Part shown: piece by piece, positions 29,622-40,390 of the stretch
How the letters are laid out: each line of letters begins with the position of its first letter
Numbering within the stretch: position 1 is the stretch's first letter
NCBI GenBank assembly: GCA_005773635.1
Contig: SXHN01000079.1
Span: 5,304 to 69,303 of the forward strand
Reading direction: 5' to 3'
Length of the DNA: 64,000 bases
Source: Actinomycetota bacterium
Lineage (GTDB): Bacteria; Actinomycetota; Acidimicrobiia; IMCC26256; PALSA-610
Program-made: the position numbers and the translations under genes
The notes under the pieces: model-generated
What the model was told of the DNA's origin: nothing
Database searches by the model: none
Seen by the model: the letters and a program-made list of their open reading frames with translations, nothing else

Positions 29622-30959
29622 CTAGCTGGCCACGCGGTGGTCGCTCGCGTCGAGCGCGCAATCCCCCTGGGTCGCGTCGCAGATCGCGGCGCCGAGGATC
29701 TGCACGGATATCGCGATTTGCTCCCGACTTACAATGAGCGGTGGTGCCAGTCGGATCGACCGTTCTCCGCAGGTGAGCACGAGTAATCCTCTGCGAAACG
29801 CAGCTTGTTCGGCGGCAGCCGCGATCTCGTGAGTTTCGAAGTCGATGCCAACCATCAGCCCTCGTCCCCGAATATCCGTGATGGCAGGGCATACGGTCGC
29901 GAGTTGTTGGAGCTGAAATTGCAGATGAGCGCCCATCGATTGTGCGTTGGCAATTGCTGACCCCTCGAGCACGTCGAGCGTTGCGATTGCCGCGGCGCAC
30001 GCAACGGGATTTCCGCCAAATGTCGAACCGTGTTTACCGGGCCCCCATGTCATGAAACGGTCACGAGCTAGTAGTGCCGCGAGCGGGAGACCACTCGCGA
30101 TTCCCTTGCCAGCGAGGAGCATGTCGGGTGCAACGTTGTCGTGTTCGATGGCCCACATCCGGCCGGTGCGTCCCGCGCCCGATTGCACTTCATCCGCGAT
30201 CAACACAATTCCGTGGGTGTCGCATATGCGTCGTAATTCAGCCATCCAGCCTTGCGACGGTACGACGTATCCGCCTTCGCCCTGGATTGGTTCGACAATG
30301 ATTGCGGCGACGTCGGTGGGTTCGCTGAGATGGCGAAATATCACCGACTCGATGTAGCCCGGGTCGCCGTACGGAGCGTGGTACACGCCGGGCATCATGG
30401 CGCCGAAGCCACCGCGGTATTTCGCTTTGCTTGCTGTCAGCGAGAGTGCTCCCAGCGAGCGGCCGTGGAACGCGCCATGAAAGGCAATGATATTGGGGCG
30501 CTTTGTGGTGTACCTAGCGAGTTTGATTGCAGCTTCCACTACCTCGGTTCCGCTGTTGCCGAGAAACACCTTCGACGGTCCCATGCCGTGTGGCGCCGAC
30601 GCAACCAATCGCTCACACAACTCGATATACGCAGGCACGTACCAATCGCTAGAGCAATAGTGGAGGAGTTCATTGCTTTGTTTCGCGATTGCGGCGACCA
30701 CAGCTGGATGGCAGTGGCCTGTGCTGTTGACGGCAATGCCCGCGTTGAAGTCGAGGAATCGATTGCCATCGACGTCTTCGATCACCAAGCCGGACGCGCG
30801 CTTCGGAACGAGGGGGTAGACGCGACCGAGACAGGAGCTGACACTGAGCGCGTCGCGTTCGATGAACGCTCGTGCTATTGGGCCTGGGAGTTCAGTGCGC
30901 AGTGCGGGTGCGTTGCATGCTGCGAGTGCTTGGGCCGTCGTCGTTGTCATTGTCGTCAT
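29622..30959 (-). CDS. class III (omega-) aminotransferase, GabT/putrescine aminotransferase-like
   Basis: Motifs …FHGRS…, DEVQSGAGRTG and STFGGNPVACAA. ATG at 30959 has AAGAGGAAC upstream and avoids a 59-nt overlap with the upstream gene; the track start is 31037. Confidence 0.85.
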   Translation of the reverse strand: MTTMTTTTAQALAACNAPALRTELPGPIARAFIERDALSVSSCLGRVYPLVPKRASGLVIEDVDGNRFLDFNAGIAVNSTGHCHPAVVAAIAKQSNELLHYCSSDWYVPAYIELCERLVASAPHGMGPSKVFLGNSGTEVVEAAIKLARYTTKRPNIIAFHGAFHGRSLGALSLTASKAKYRGGFGAMMPGVYHAPYGDPGYIESVIFRHLSEPTDVAAIIVEPIQGEGGYVVPSQGWMAELRRICDTHGIVLIADEVQSGAGRTGRMWAIEHDNVAPDMLLAGKGIASGLPLAALLARDRFMTWGPGKHGSTFGGNPVACAAAIATLDVLEGSAIANAQSMGAHLQFQLQQLATVCPAITDIRGRGLMVGIDFETHEIAAAAEQAAFRRGLLVLTCGERSIRLAPPLIVSREQIAISVQILGAAICDATQGDCALDASDHRVAS

Positions 30960-30978
30960 GGTGGGTTCCTCTTTTGGT

Positions 30979-32544
30979 CTATTTCGTGGGCCAACGGGGG
31001 CTGGTGGTGCGCGGCGGGTAGAGGGCCGCTTTGACATGCAGGAGTGAGGGTGCGTTTCGGGAAGCCGCCTGTGTGAGAGCGTGCTGGTAGTCCGATCCGA
31101 CCCCGCTGATGAGAGTCGCGTCGATTCCGAATCCCTCTGCCACCTTCACGAAATCCACGGGCTGCAGCTCGCAGCCGTCGAGCTCCTCATGTGGAAACCG
31201 AAGCATTCCGTAGCCACCATCATCGATGACAATGATGGTGATCGGTAGCTGTTCCTGAGCCACGGTCGCGAGTTCGCCGATGGCAAAGAGCATTCCGCCG
31301 TCGCCAACGAATGCCGCTGCCGGTCGACCGCTTGTTGCGGCTCCGATTGCCGCTGGGAACGCCCAGCCGAGTGTGCCCCAACCCATCGGGTAGTGCAAAC
31401 CTCGTGGTTCGGCAACGGCGTAGTGGCCAGCCATCCAATACCCGGCGATGCACATATCAGCGAATACAACTGACTTCGCTGGGAGTGCCGACTCCGTGTG
31501 TTCCAAAAACTCAATAGATTCAGCACTATTCGAATCTTGGCGGAGTTCTTCGCGAATTTCTCGTCCGAGTAGCGCGAGGTGGCCAAACCATGGTTTGTTG
31601 CTTGGCAACTGGGCGACGATTTCATTTACTGCTTGGGTATCGGCCGCGATGACCTGATCGAACGTGTAGTTCTTGGCAGCATCGGTCGCGTCGATGTTGA
31701 TCGCCACCCGGCGAGCGGGCAGCGGCAGCCGCCAAGCCATTGTGTTCATTGCATCGAGGTCGGATCCGATAACGATTGCGCCCGTTGCGCGTGCGATGAG
31801 CGACGTCACTTGTGGTTCGTGTGCCGGTGCAGGTACTAGGTGGGGATGTCCGGCTGGGAGCACGCCCCGCGCGGAAAAGGTCGTGACGACGGGTGCTCCG
31901 AGATGTCGTGCCGCGAACTCTATTTGTCGTCCTGCATCTTTTGCCCCACCACCGACAATCAATATTGGTCGGTCGCCGAGCGCAATGTCGATGCGCTCGG
32001 GGTTGTCGACCACGGGTTCCCTTCGCGGTGCGTCAGGAGTGGCCCAGGGTGCCCGCAACAAATCGGTTGGAATTTCGAAGTATGTAGGTCCGTGAGGTGG
32101 TGTGAGTGCAGCGTGAATCGCTGCGTTGATCTCTCGCGTTTGTGCCTTGGTAACTGCCGTAAACATTGATGCTTGGTCGGTGCACTCGTGCAGCACCCCT
32201 CGATATACATCGGGTGTGCGCTGAGTGCTTGGAATGTCGGTGGCGATGACGAGTATGGGGCTTTTGCTCGCCCACGCCTCGCCGACTGCTCCCAAAGTAT
32301 TTGCTGCCCCCGGCCCCGTGGTCACGAGTGCTACTCCGAGTCGACCAGTACTGCGCGCGTACCCATCTGCGGCGTATGCACATCCTTGTTCATGCCGAGA
32401 TCCCACGATGCGAATACCAGCGGCTTTGAAGGCTGGCCACAGAGCCATGTTGTGCACGCCCGGCAGTCCGAACGCGACATCGACATCGACAGCGCGCAAT
32501 GCGGCCGCGATCACTTGCGCGCCGGTTGCGCTCGTATCCATCAC
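30979..32544 (-). CDS. thiamine diphosphate-dependent enzyme, acetolactate synthase-like (possible 2-oxoacid decarboxylase)
   Basis: N-terminal Pyr domain (…GLPGVHNMALW…HEQGCAYAADGYAR…TTGPGAANT) and C-terminal ThDP motif GDGGMLF...(N). At 521 aa it is distinct from the genuine ilvB at 43075. Confidence 0.8.
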   Translation of the reverse strand: MMDTSATGAQVIAAALRAVDVDVAFGLPGVHNMALWPAFKAAGIRIVGSRHEQGCAYAADGYARSTGRLGVALVTTGPGAANTLGAVGEAWASKSPILVIATDIPSTQRTPDVYRGVLHECTDQASMFTAVTKAQTREINAAIHAALTPPHGPTYFEIPTDLLRAPWATPDAPRREPVVDNPERIDIALGDRPILIVGGGAKDAGRQIEFAARHLGAPVVTTFSARGVLPAGHPHLVPAPAHEPQVTSLIARATGAIVIGSDLDAMNTMAWRLPLPARRVAINIDATDAAKNYTFDQVIAADTQAVNEIVAQLPSNKPWFGHLALLGREIREELRQDSNSAESIEFLEHTESALPAKSVVFADMCIAGYWMAGHYAVAEPRGLHYPMGWGTLGWAFPAAIGAATSGRPAAAFVGDGGMLFAIGELATVAQEQLPITIIVIDDGGYGMLRFPHEELDGCELQPVDFVKVAEGFGIDATLISGVGSDYQHALTQAASRNAPSLLHVKAALYPPRTTSPRWPTK

Positions 32545-33989
32545 GCGATCGAATCGCGATTGTCGATTTGAGCTTTTTGTAGGCGACCGGAGTAGTCGAT
32601 GTACACAGACTTCGTCTCGCTGAACTGTTCGAGCCCACGTGATCCTGCTTCGCGATATCCATTGCCAGTGAATTTGTTGCCGCCAAACGGGAGATGGATT
32701 TCGGCACCGATTGTTGGAGCATTGATGTATACGATGCCGGTGTCGAGATCGTGAAGGGCCCGCATTGCATGGTTTACGTCGCGTGTGTAGATCGATGATG
32801 AAAGTCCGTATTCGCAGTCATTAGCAGTTTCAATCGCTTCGTCGAATGAGTCCACTTCAAGAACTGCGAGCACCGGACCGAATACTTCGTTGCGAGTGAT
32901 GAACGAGTTGCGGTGCGCGCCACTCAAGATCGTTGGCGCGTAAAACGATCCGCCGTCGCAGCCTGTTGCAGCAATTGGAGAGCCGCCAAGGAGGAGTTCG
33001 TTGCCTTCGCTCACCGCGGTTTGCACCATGTCGTGAATACGTGCAACTGAGGCTGATGTGATCACGGGACCAACGTCGGTAGTCGCTACTAGTGGATCGC
33101 CGACCATCAACTGAGCGGCACGGCTGGTGACTCGCTGTATGAGCTCATCGATGATCGCTCGGTGTGCAACGAGACGCGATGTCGAAGTGCACCGTTGGCC
33201 CGATGTACCAAAGGCTCCGAAGATCACGCCATCGACCACGAGATCAAGATCCGCGTCGTCCATTACGATCATCGCGTTTTTCCCACCGAGCTCCAACGAC
33301 ACGAGTTTCGGGCCGACTTCCATTGCGGCTGACGCAACTCGCCTGCCGGTTGCGACTGAGCCGGTAAAGGAGATCGCGCGCACACCAGGATGCACAGTGA
33401 GCGCGGCGCCTACGTCACCGAAGCCGTGCACCACGTTGATGAGCCCTTCAGGGGCGCCAGCTTCGATGCACGCGGCGACGAATTGTTCGCAGCACATGGG
33501 TGCGAACTCTGAAGGTTTGATGACGACGCCGTTTCCAGCGAGCAGCGCGGGGAAGATTTTCCATGATGGAATCGCGACTGGGAAGTTCCAAGGCGTGATC
33601 ATTCCCACGACGCCAACCGGGTGCCGCGTTGTGAACCCAAACTTCTCCGGCATCTCGCATGGGTGCACCGTGCCCCAGGCGTTGCGAGCTTGGCCTGCGA
33701 CGAAATGCGCCATATCGATCGCTTCTTGCACGTCGCCGCCGGCCTCCACCAGGATTTTGCCAGCCTCTCGTGATACGAGGTTCGCCAATTCAGCCTTGCG
33801 GCGCGTGAGTACTTCGCCGATCGTGGCGATCACTTCGCCTCGCGCTGGCACGGGAAGCTTGGCCCATGACCGTTGGGCTGCCGTTGCGAACCGTACGGCT
33901 GTCTCCACATCAGTCGCGGTATGGATTGGCATTGATGCCACGATTTCAGCCGGTCGGGCCGGGTTGGTGCTGTCGAACGTCATTGCCAT
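32541..33989 (-). CDS. NAD(P)-dependent aldehyde dehydrogenase
   Basis: ALDH motifs FTGS..tG, catalytic-Glu motif LELGGKN, catalytic Cys in GQRCTS, and EVFGPV. 482 aa; 4-nt overlap with the downstream ThDP gene. Confidence 0.9.
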   Translation of the reverse strand: MAMTFDSTNPARPAEIVASMPIHTATDVETAVRFATAAQRSWAKLPVPARGEVIATIGEVLTRRKAELANLVSREAGKILVEAGGDVQEAIDMAHFVAGQARNAWGTVHPCEMPEKFGFTTRHPVGVVGMITPWNFPVAIPSWKIFPALLAGNGVVIKPSEFAPMCCEQFVAACIEAGAPEGLINVVHGFGDVGAALTVHPGVRAISFTGSVATGRRVASAAMEVGPKLVSLELGGKNAMIVMDDADLDLVVDGVIFGAFGTSGQRCTSTSRLVAHRAIIDELIQRVTSRAAQLMVGDPLVATTDVGPVITSASVARIHDMVQTAVSEGNELLLGGSPIAATGCDGGSFYAPTILSGAHRNSFITRNEVFGPVLAVLEVDSFDEAIETANDCEYGLSSSIYTRDVNHAMRALHDLDTGIVYINAPTIGAEIHLPFGGNKFTGNGYREAGSRGLEQFSETKSVYIDYSGRLQKAQIDNRDSIA

Positions 33990-34073
33990 TAGGGCCTTTG
34001 CAGTCGATTGTTTGCGGGATGTCAGGTGCGGGAATTGTTATTCCGAAGTCTGCAACAGTGTAACGTATGTTCC

Positions 34074-34931
34074 ATGACATCGACACGATCCGTCATGGAA
34101 TTGATTGCGGATGCGGCGTCGTTGCTGACCGTGTCCGAACGCAAAGTGGCCGAGGCGATCCTTGAAGACCCCAAGATTGTGGCATTCGGGACGGTGGCGC
34201 AGCTGGCGAGCCGGGCGGGGAGCAGCGGGCCGACGGTACTTCGCCTAGCAGCGAAGCTTGGTTTCGTAGGCTTCGTCGATCTTCAAGCTGCGGTGCAGGA
34301 AAATATCGCTGACCAGCTCCGACCCGCGACGCAACGAATTCGCGAGCGCCGCTCGGGGGATCTCATTGCAAATGCTCTGCATGCCGATCTCGACAACGTG
34401 CGGCGCACCCTTGAGCAGATTGACCCGAACGACTTTGCTGAGACCGTCGAGCTAGTTGCTGATCGGCGTCACAAGGTATTCGTGATGGCGAGTGAATTGT
34501 CTGGTTCGGCCGGACGCTTGTTGGCGCAACAACTCGATTTGTTGCGAGATGGCATCGTGCTGATTGATGGGCCAGGACCGAGCGTGAGTCGCAAACTCGT
34601 CGACGTCGAAGCTGGCGATGTTGTGCTGGTATTCGATCTGCGCCGCTACGAGCAGTGGGTGCTCGCCGCGACCGAGCGTGTTGACGAGCATGGAGCACTG
34701 GTTGTGGCGATTACCGATTCGCGTTTGTCGTCGCTCGCGCAGCACGCGCGATATGTCTTTACGATTGCTGCGCGCGGAGCCGGGCCCTTTGATAGCGCGA
34801 CCGGTGGCATGGCGTTTGTGCACGCTTTTGGTGCCGCAACCGCCGCACGTCTGCGGCGCAGCGCGACGGTGCGGCTTGATCAAATTGAAGCGAGCTGGGC
34901 GGCCGGCGGCGACCTCATCGGCGACCGGTAG
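34074..34931 (+). CDS. MurR/RpiR family transcriptional regulator (HTH + SIS domain)
   Basis: N-terminal …LTVSERKVAEAILEDP…VAQLASRAGSSGPTVLRLAAKLGF.GF..L, followed by a SIS-like domain. Divergent from the ALDH operon; trimmed to the ATG at 34074. Confidence 0.8.
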   Translation: MTSTRSVMELIADAASLLTVSERKVAEAILEDPKIVAFGTVAQLASRAGSSGPTVLRLAAKLGFVGFVDLQAAVQENIADQLRPATQRIRERRSGDLIANALHADLDNVRRTLEQIDPNDFAETVELVADRRHKVFVMASELSGSAGRLLAQQLDLLRDGIVLIDGPGPSVSRKLVDVEAGDVVLVFDLRRYEQWVLAATERVDEHGALVVAITDSRLSSLAQHARYVFTIAARGAGPFDSATGGMAFVHAFGAATAARLRRSATVRLDQIEASWAAGGDLIGDR

Positions 34932-34958
34932 CGCACGTAACGACACTCCCAGCGCGAC

Positions 34959-36638
34959 TCAGCAATTGGTGATCGCGCCGGTTTCCGCCCCTTGCGCGAG
35001 CTTCGCGTACTTCGCGAGGAAGCCTGAGGTATATAGCGGTTCGGGGATCTTCCAGTGCTTGCGGCGCTCAACGAGTGTGGCTTCATCCACCATGAGATCG
35101 ATCGTGTAGTTCTCGGCGTCGATCAGGATGCGGTCGCCGTCTTCGACGAACGCGATCGGGCCACCATCGACTGCTTCCGGGGCAACGTGACCCACGCAAT
35201 ACCCGTGCGTGCCTCCCGAGAAGCGACCGTCGGTAATGAGTGCTGCGTCTGCGCCGCGGCCAGCGCCTTTCATTGCGCCAGTTACCGCCAGCATCTCGCG
35301 CATGCCGGGCCCTCCCTTCGGGCCCTCGTAGCGAATCACCACGATGTCTCCGGCATTGATCTTGCCCGCGAGAATTGCTTCCATTGCGAGTGGTTCGCCG
35401 TTGAACACCCGTGCCGTGCCGTCGAAGTGCAGGTTGTCAATACCTGCCACCTTGACGACGGCGCCTTTGGGGGCCATCGTGCCGTGGAGAATCGCGATAC
35501 CGCCCTGCGCGTGGATTGGCGCGTTCAGTGGATGCACCACATCGCCATCGGCGCCAGGAGGCGCGAGTGCTTCGAGGTTCTCCGCCATCGTTTTGCCGGT
35601 CACGGTCATGCAGTCGCCGTGCAGCAATCCCTCATCGAGCAGTATTTTCATGATGACGGGGATCCCGCCAATTCGGTCGACGTCGGTCATGTGATATTTG
35701 CCGTGCGGTTTGGTGTCGGCGATATGGGGGACACGCTTGCCAATCTTGTTGAAATCAGCAAGCTCGAGTTCGACGCGGGCTTCGTGCGCGATCGCCAACA
35801 GGTGCAGCACTGCGTTGGTGGAACCTCCGAGTGCCATCACCACTGCAATTGCGTTCTCGAACGCTTCCTTCGTCATGATCTGGCGAGCGCGTAAATCTCG
35901 TTCGATGAGGTTCATCACGGCACGACCCGATTCGTACGCGTAGTCGTCGCGACGACGGTCGACTGCGGGCGCGGATGCTGACCCTGGCAAACTCATACCG
36001 AGTGCTTCGCCTACCGCCGCCATCGTGTTGGCCGTGAACATTCCCGCACAGCTTCCCTCAGTGGGGCATGCACGTTTTTCGATCTCACCGAGTTCGTTGA
36101 GGCTGAGAGTTCCGGCGGCGCACGCGCCGACTGCTTCGAACACGCTCACGATATCGAGTGCTTGATCTTTGTAGTGCCCTGGCAGAATCGAGCCGCCGTA
36201 CATGAAGATGCTCGGTAGATTGAGGCGCGCCGCGGCCATCAACATTCCGGGCAGGCTTTTGTCGCATCCTGCGAACGTCACCAATGCATCGAGCCGTTCT
36301 GAATGCATGACGCATTCGACCGAGTCGGCAATGATCTCTCGACTTGCAAGGGAGCCCCGCATGCCCTCATGCCCCATCGAAATACCGTCGCTTACTGCGA
36401 TTGTGACGAATTCGAGTGGGAAACCACCAGCGTCTTTGACGCCGCGTTTCGAAGCTTTCGCAAGTCGGTCGAGCGGAAGATTGCAGGGCGTCACCTCGTT
36501 CCAACTCGAAGCCACTCCAACCTGGGCCTTACCCCAGTCGTCGTCGCCCATTCCTACCGCTCGAAGCATGGCGCGGGCCGGGGCGCGTTCCATCCCGTCG
36601 GTGACTTCGTGGCTCATGGGTTTCATCGGGTTCGACAT
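34959..36638 (-). CDS. ilvD: dihydroxy-acid dehydratase
   Basis: Motifs …[12 protein letters not shown]..[12 protein letters not shown].TPCN…, CDKSLPG and GGSTN. Trimmed to the Met at 36638 (559 aa); the upstream 75 codons of the track ORF are non-homologous and run into the neighbouring gene's stop. Confidence 0.9.
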   Translation of the reverse strand: MSNPMKPMSHEVTDGMERAPARAMLRAVGMGDDDWGKAQVGVASSWNEVTPCNLPLDRLAKASKRGVKDAGGFPLEFVTIAVSDGISMGHEGMRGSLASREIIADSVECVMHSERLDALVTFAGCDKSLPGMLMAAARLNLPSIFMYGGSILPGHYKDQALDIVSVFEAVGACAAGTLSLNELGEIEKRACPTEGSCAGMFTANTMAAVGEALGMSLPGSASAPAVDRRRDDYAYESGRAVMNLIERDLRARQIMTKEAFENAIAVVMALGGSTNAVLHLLAIAHEARVELELADFNKIGKRVPHIADTKPHGKYHMTDVDRIGGIPVIMKILLDEGLLHGDCMTVTGKTMAENLEALAPPGADGDVVHPLNAPIHAQGGIAILHGTMAPKGAVVKVAGIDNLHFDGTARVFNGEPLAMEAILAGKINAGDIVVIRYEGPKGGPGMREMLAVTGAMKGAGRGADAALITDGRFSGGTHGYCVGHVAPEAVDGGPIAFVEDGDRILIDAENYTIDLMVDEATLVERRKHWKIPEPLYTSGFLAKYAKLAQGAETGAITNC

Positions 36639-36672
36639 GGCCGTCAAGGGTAGTAGCGGCGCTCGCTGATCT

Positions 36673-38637
36673 CTACATGAGATTGCGTGCGAAGAAATCG
36701 AGGATGATTTCTGCACGCTGTACTCGGTGTTTTGGAGCGCCGCTGCGCGACAGTTCGTGACCCTCCCCAGGGAATCGCCAGAACTCGGGGGTCTTGCCGA
36801 GCAGACGCAGTGCGACAAACAGTTCTTCGGCTTGGTCGATGGGGCAGCGAAGATCGTTCTCACTGTGGAGTATTAACATCGGAGTGTTGATATTGCGTAC
36901 GTAGGTCATCGGGGAGCAACGCACGTACGCCTCGCGGGCATCGAGATGCGAAGCTCCGACTTGTTCGATGAATGATGTTGCGACGTCGGAGTTGTGCTCT
37001 TCGGTTATGAGGTTGTTCACCGAGCGTTCGCTACAAGCGGCGCGGAATCGGTCGGTGTGGCCCACGATCCACGTTGTGAGGTAGCCGCCGTAGCTTCCGC
37101 CTTGAATTCCGAGCCGGGTGCCATCGATCCAGTCGAACCGCGCGACCGCGGTGTCGACGCATGCCATCACATCATCGAAGTCGATGCCGCCCCAACCGGT
37201 GCCAGGATCCACTTCGCATTCGGGCCACCGAACCGCTCGACCCCACGCCTCTGAATATCCAGCAGATCCCCGAGGGTTGCAATACAGCACTGCGAATCCC
37301 GTGGCGACTTGTGTTTGAAATTCGTCGAAGAGTTTGTGGGTGTATTGCGTGAACGGCCCGCCGTGGATATTGAGAATGGTGGGAAACGGACCGGTGCCGT
37401 CGGGTCGGATCGCCCAACAATCGACGACCTCGCCGTCGGTGCTGGTTGCGGTGTATGCGATTGGTATTGCTGCTTCGCTTTGGGTAGCTGTTTGAAATTG
37501 TTGCGTGATCGTCGAGCACTGCGTGTGGTTGACGAAGAGTTCAGGCAATGACGATGCATCTCCGACGATCGTGGCGAGCACGCCTGCGCGTGAGTCGAAA
37601 TCGATGACGCAACGGTCGCCGCTCACGACGTCGACTATTTCAGTTGAGCGGATATTCGCCTGAGCAAGCGCATTCGAACCGCGATTCTCGTATGCAAATA
37701 GGAGATGGTCTGGGTCTTGCCACAACAACAACCGATTGTTGCCTGGGGGCGTGCAATTGCGGTCGAGTGCGGACGTGATGGTTCGTTGTGTTTGGTCACC
37801 CAGATCGATGACGACGACGTGGTTGTGGCACGGCCCCGCGAGTGGCGTCGCGTAACGAAAAGCCGCGATGCGTTCGCTGTCGGGCGACCAAATAGGTGAT
37901 GCGTACATCGAGTCGGTTGGCGTGATGACTCCGACTGCTTCAGTCGCTAGGTCAAGGACCCATAGATCGCGCAGAAGGTCGAGATCCCAAGTTGTATGAC
38001 GAGCCGAAGCAAACGCGATCTTGCAGCCGTCAGGAGACCACGAGATTTCGTTCACATCGAACGGACCAAGGGTGCGCGCTATCAGAGTGGCTCCTGGTCG
38101 TGCCGCAACGGTGAACGCGCGGGATGGGCGATCGAAGAGCCATCCTTCGCCATCGAGGCGCGAGTAGAACCGTTCGATCTTGCGGGCGGGAGTGTCCTTG
38201 GGCTCGCGCGATTCACCGGGCGCGGCGTAGTAGGCGAGGTCTGGATCTCGGGCGACGAACGCGAGCGTTGACCCATCAGGAGACCAAGCGAGCTCGGTTG
38301 GACCTTCTGGCGGCGTGCAAATTTCGGTGACTTCAAGTGTTGCTATGTCGATGAGCGCCAGCTTGGTAACAGCATCATCGTCGCCGAGCGCTCGTAAGGT
38401 GCAAGCGACGACCGTGCCGTTGGGCGACCATCGTCCGAGGCTGCAGGCGAATCCGGACGGGGAGATTGTGGTCAGTTCGCCGGTGGCTGTCGCGCACCGA
38501 CGCAACGCAGATTCGTAACGATTTTCTGCGCTGTTCATTGTGGTTTCGGCGAAGATCACCGAAGTTCCGTCGGGGCTCACTTGTACATCGGTGAGCGAAA
38601 TGAGATCGGTGATGTGCTGCGCTGTGAATCCCGCCAC
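36673..38637 (-). CDS. S9 family serine peptidase (prolyl oligopeptidase/acylaminoacyl-peptidase type)
   Basis: An N-terminal beta-propeller-like region with repeated W/SPDG motifs is followed by a C-terminal alpha/beta hydrolase domain with GGSYGGY and a downstream D...GEGH. Confidence 0.85.
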   Translation of the reverse strand: MAGFTAQHITDLISLTDVQVSPDGTSVIFAETTMNSAENRYESALRRCATATGELTTISPSGFACSLGRWSPNGTVVACTLRALGDDDAVTKLALIDIATLEVTEICTPPEGPTELAWSPDGSTLAFVARDPDLAYYAAPGESREPKDTPARKIERFYSRLDGEGWLFDRPSRAFTVAARPGATLIARTLGPFDVNEISWSPDGCKIAFASARHTTWDLDLLRDLWVLDLATEAVGVITPTDSMYASPIWSPDSERIAAFRYATPLAGPCHNHVVVIDLGDQTQRTITSALDRNCTPPGNNRLLLWQDPDHLLFAYENRGSNALAQANIRSTEIVDVVSGDRCVIDFDSRAGVLATIVGDASSLPELFVNHTQCSTITQQFQTATQSEAAIPIAYTATSTDGEVVDCWAIRPDGTGPFPTILNIHGGPFTQYTHKLFDEFQTQVATGFAVLYCNPRGSAGYSEAWGRAVRWPECEVDPGTGWGGIDFDDVMACVDTAVARFDWIDGTRLGIQGGSYGGYLTTWIVGHTDRFRAACSERSVNNLITEEHNSDVATSFIEQVGASHLDAREAYVRCSPMTYVRNINTPMLILHSENDLRCPIDQAEELFVALRLLGKTPEFWRFPGEGHELSRSGAPKHRVQRAEIILDFFARNLM

Positions 38638-38695
38638 GGCGGCCGACCTTACCGGTCATTTGGGTCGGTGAGGAGGCTTTCGAGTCGAAGTGCTC

Positions 38696-40390
38696 TCAGC
38701 CGAGCGTGACGGGGATTCGCAGCAATCCAGCCTTCGGATGGCGGACGGTGACGAGAATTTCCGCGTCGGCGTCGCCCTCTACGACCCACTCTGCGACTCC
38801 GACGTCGGGTGTTTCGTCCGACGCTGCTCCTCCGAAGTCGGAAATCATGGTGGTAACCCGCGAATGCCCTTGGAGTTGACCAAGATCGATGCGCGTAGTG
38901 CCTGATACAGCGCTGATGCCGGTGGGTGTCGAGATCGTCGCTTCCACGCCGATCGCGATTTTCTTGTCGATCGCTCGTTGCGTCACGTTGGTTGGGAGCC
39001 AGCCACAGTTTTCGATAGCGACGCGGACACGCCACGTCGTTTCGCTCAGTCGATCAACCTTCGTTTCGCGATGGCGCAACTGTGGCGCCGAGAGCGCGCA
39101 GTAGATCTGCCAGTCAGCGTGAGGTTTGACTACGGCTTCAAGAAGGTGGTCGGGTGGATTGCACCAGAAGCGAAGCGTGTCCCAGCCGCCGATTTCGATG
39201 GCACCCAACTGAGGATGATCAAACGGGTACCAATCGACGAAACCAGTGCCGCCAAGTTCGTTGTCGCTGTACGCGAGAAGTTGGATGTCCTGTTCGATGG
39301 GGTGATCTGCGAACCAATCGACCAGGTGGTAGTCGGTGATGCCTGCGTGGGGTAGCGGGCTCCAAAATTCCGTCGTCCATCCAAACACGCCGAGGTGGTC
39401 GTAGACCCAAGTGTCGGCACCACCGGTGATGACGTCTTTGGGGTCGTAGCGAAAGTCGTTGTACACGCCGACGTGGCGATATCCCGTGATTTCTGCACCG
39501 CGGGCGCCGAGCGCGTTGTACATCTTGAGGTCGACCGTCGGGAATTCTGTATCTGGTCGGTCATCGAACGGGCGCAGCAGCACTGCGCTGAAGGTGTGGT
39601 ACGCGAAATAGCAACACACGTTGGTCCGGGCAATGAGGGCTTCGGCCAGCGTCCGAGTTTCGGGTTCGCTCAAGGGAAACGGTCCTGCACCAAACTGCTC
39701 GCCGTGCACGCGCCAGCCCGCCGGGAATTGACGGTTCAAATCAAGGCTTCGGCGCTCAGGAGCTGTCGCGAATTTCATGCCGTCGTAATCGCGAATGATG
39801 CCTTCGTACAAGAGGCGGTAAAACGGTCCATCGCCAATATCGTTAGGTGTTCTTGCGACCAGGAGCCTGGGATCGCGATCACTGACTTTCCATGGTCCGT
39901 TCGAATCGGGCACACGCATCGTGAGGAGGCGTCCATCGCCGTCAATATCGTGTTCGACCAACCCCGGTTGATCGTCGGTGCGTGGCCACTTGCGCACGGA
40001 ACTGCGCAGGAACTGGGGTGAATCTGCAAGGACGAGTTCAGCACCATCTGGATTGACGCGGGGCATGACGTAGAACGTGCGACTGTCGAGCGCTTTGGTG
40101 ATGAGTGGATCGGTGCCGTAGCCATGCACGAGTTTGTCGATCAGGTAGAGCGCGGCGAGCGAGCCAGTGTGCTCGATCGAGTGGATATTTGCGTCAGCCC
40201 AAATCGCGGGCTTCTCACTGTGACATCCAGTATTGGTGTTCGTTACGGTTGCGAGCCAAATGTCGCGCCCTTCGTACGACTTCCCCACACTCTCTACGGT
40301 GAGCGGAGTTGGGAACTGCGCGGCGAGGGAATGCAACGCCGTTGTGAGTTCGTCGTAGCGGTACAGATGATCAAACGAAATCACGGCCAT
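38696..40390 (-). CDS. M14 family metallocarboxypeptidase
   Basis: N-terminal pattern Y..y.el...l..la...p.......G.SyEGRdIw...v, then zinc-ligand context ...ANIHSIEHTG...; 564 aa. Confidence 0.8.
   Translation of the reverse strand: MAVISFDHLYRYDELTTALHSLAAQFPTPLTVESVGKSYEGRDIWLATVTNTNTGCHSEKPAIWADANIHSIEHTGSLAALYLIDKLVHGYGTDPLITKALDSRTFYVMPRVNPDGAELVLADSPQFLRSSVRKWPRTDDQPGLVEHDIDGDGRLLTMRVPDSNGPWKVSDRDPRLLVARTPNDIGDGPFYRLLYEGIIRDYDGMKFATAPERRSLDLNRQFPAGWRVHGEQFGAGPFPLSEPETRTLAEALIARTNVCCYFAYHTFSAVLLRPFDDRPDTEFPTVDLKMYNALGARGAEITGYRHVGVYNDFRYDPKDVITGGADTWVYDHLGVFGWTTEFWSPLPHAGITDYHLVDWFADHPIEQDIQLLAYSDNELGGTGFVDWYPFDHPQLGAIEIGGWDTLRFWCNPPDHLLEAVVKPHADWQIYCALSAPQLRHRETKVDRLSETTWRVRVAIENCGWLPTNVTQRAIDKKIAIGVEATISTPTGISAVSGTTRIDLGQLQGHSRVTTMISDFGGAASDETPDVGVAEWVVEGDADAEILVTVRHPKAGLLRIPVTLG

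Noticed and set aside
33127-34077. 316 aa plus-strand ORF opposite the aldehyde dehydrogenase
   Set aside because: The minus-strand product carries complete ALDH catalytic motifs. The plus-strand product is Ser/Thr/Pro/Ala-rich, so it is a shadow ORF. The same reasoning applies to 35055-35894 (opposite ilvD), 43357-44292 (opposite ilvB) and 45875-46582 (opposite ilvC).
36639-36863. 75-codon N-terminal extension of ilvD in the track ORF
   Set aside because: The homologous IlvD N-terminus (…RAMLRAVGM…) begins shortly after the Met at 36638. The extension would overlap the 3' end of the S9 peptidase gene.
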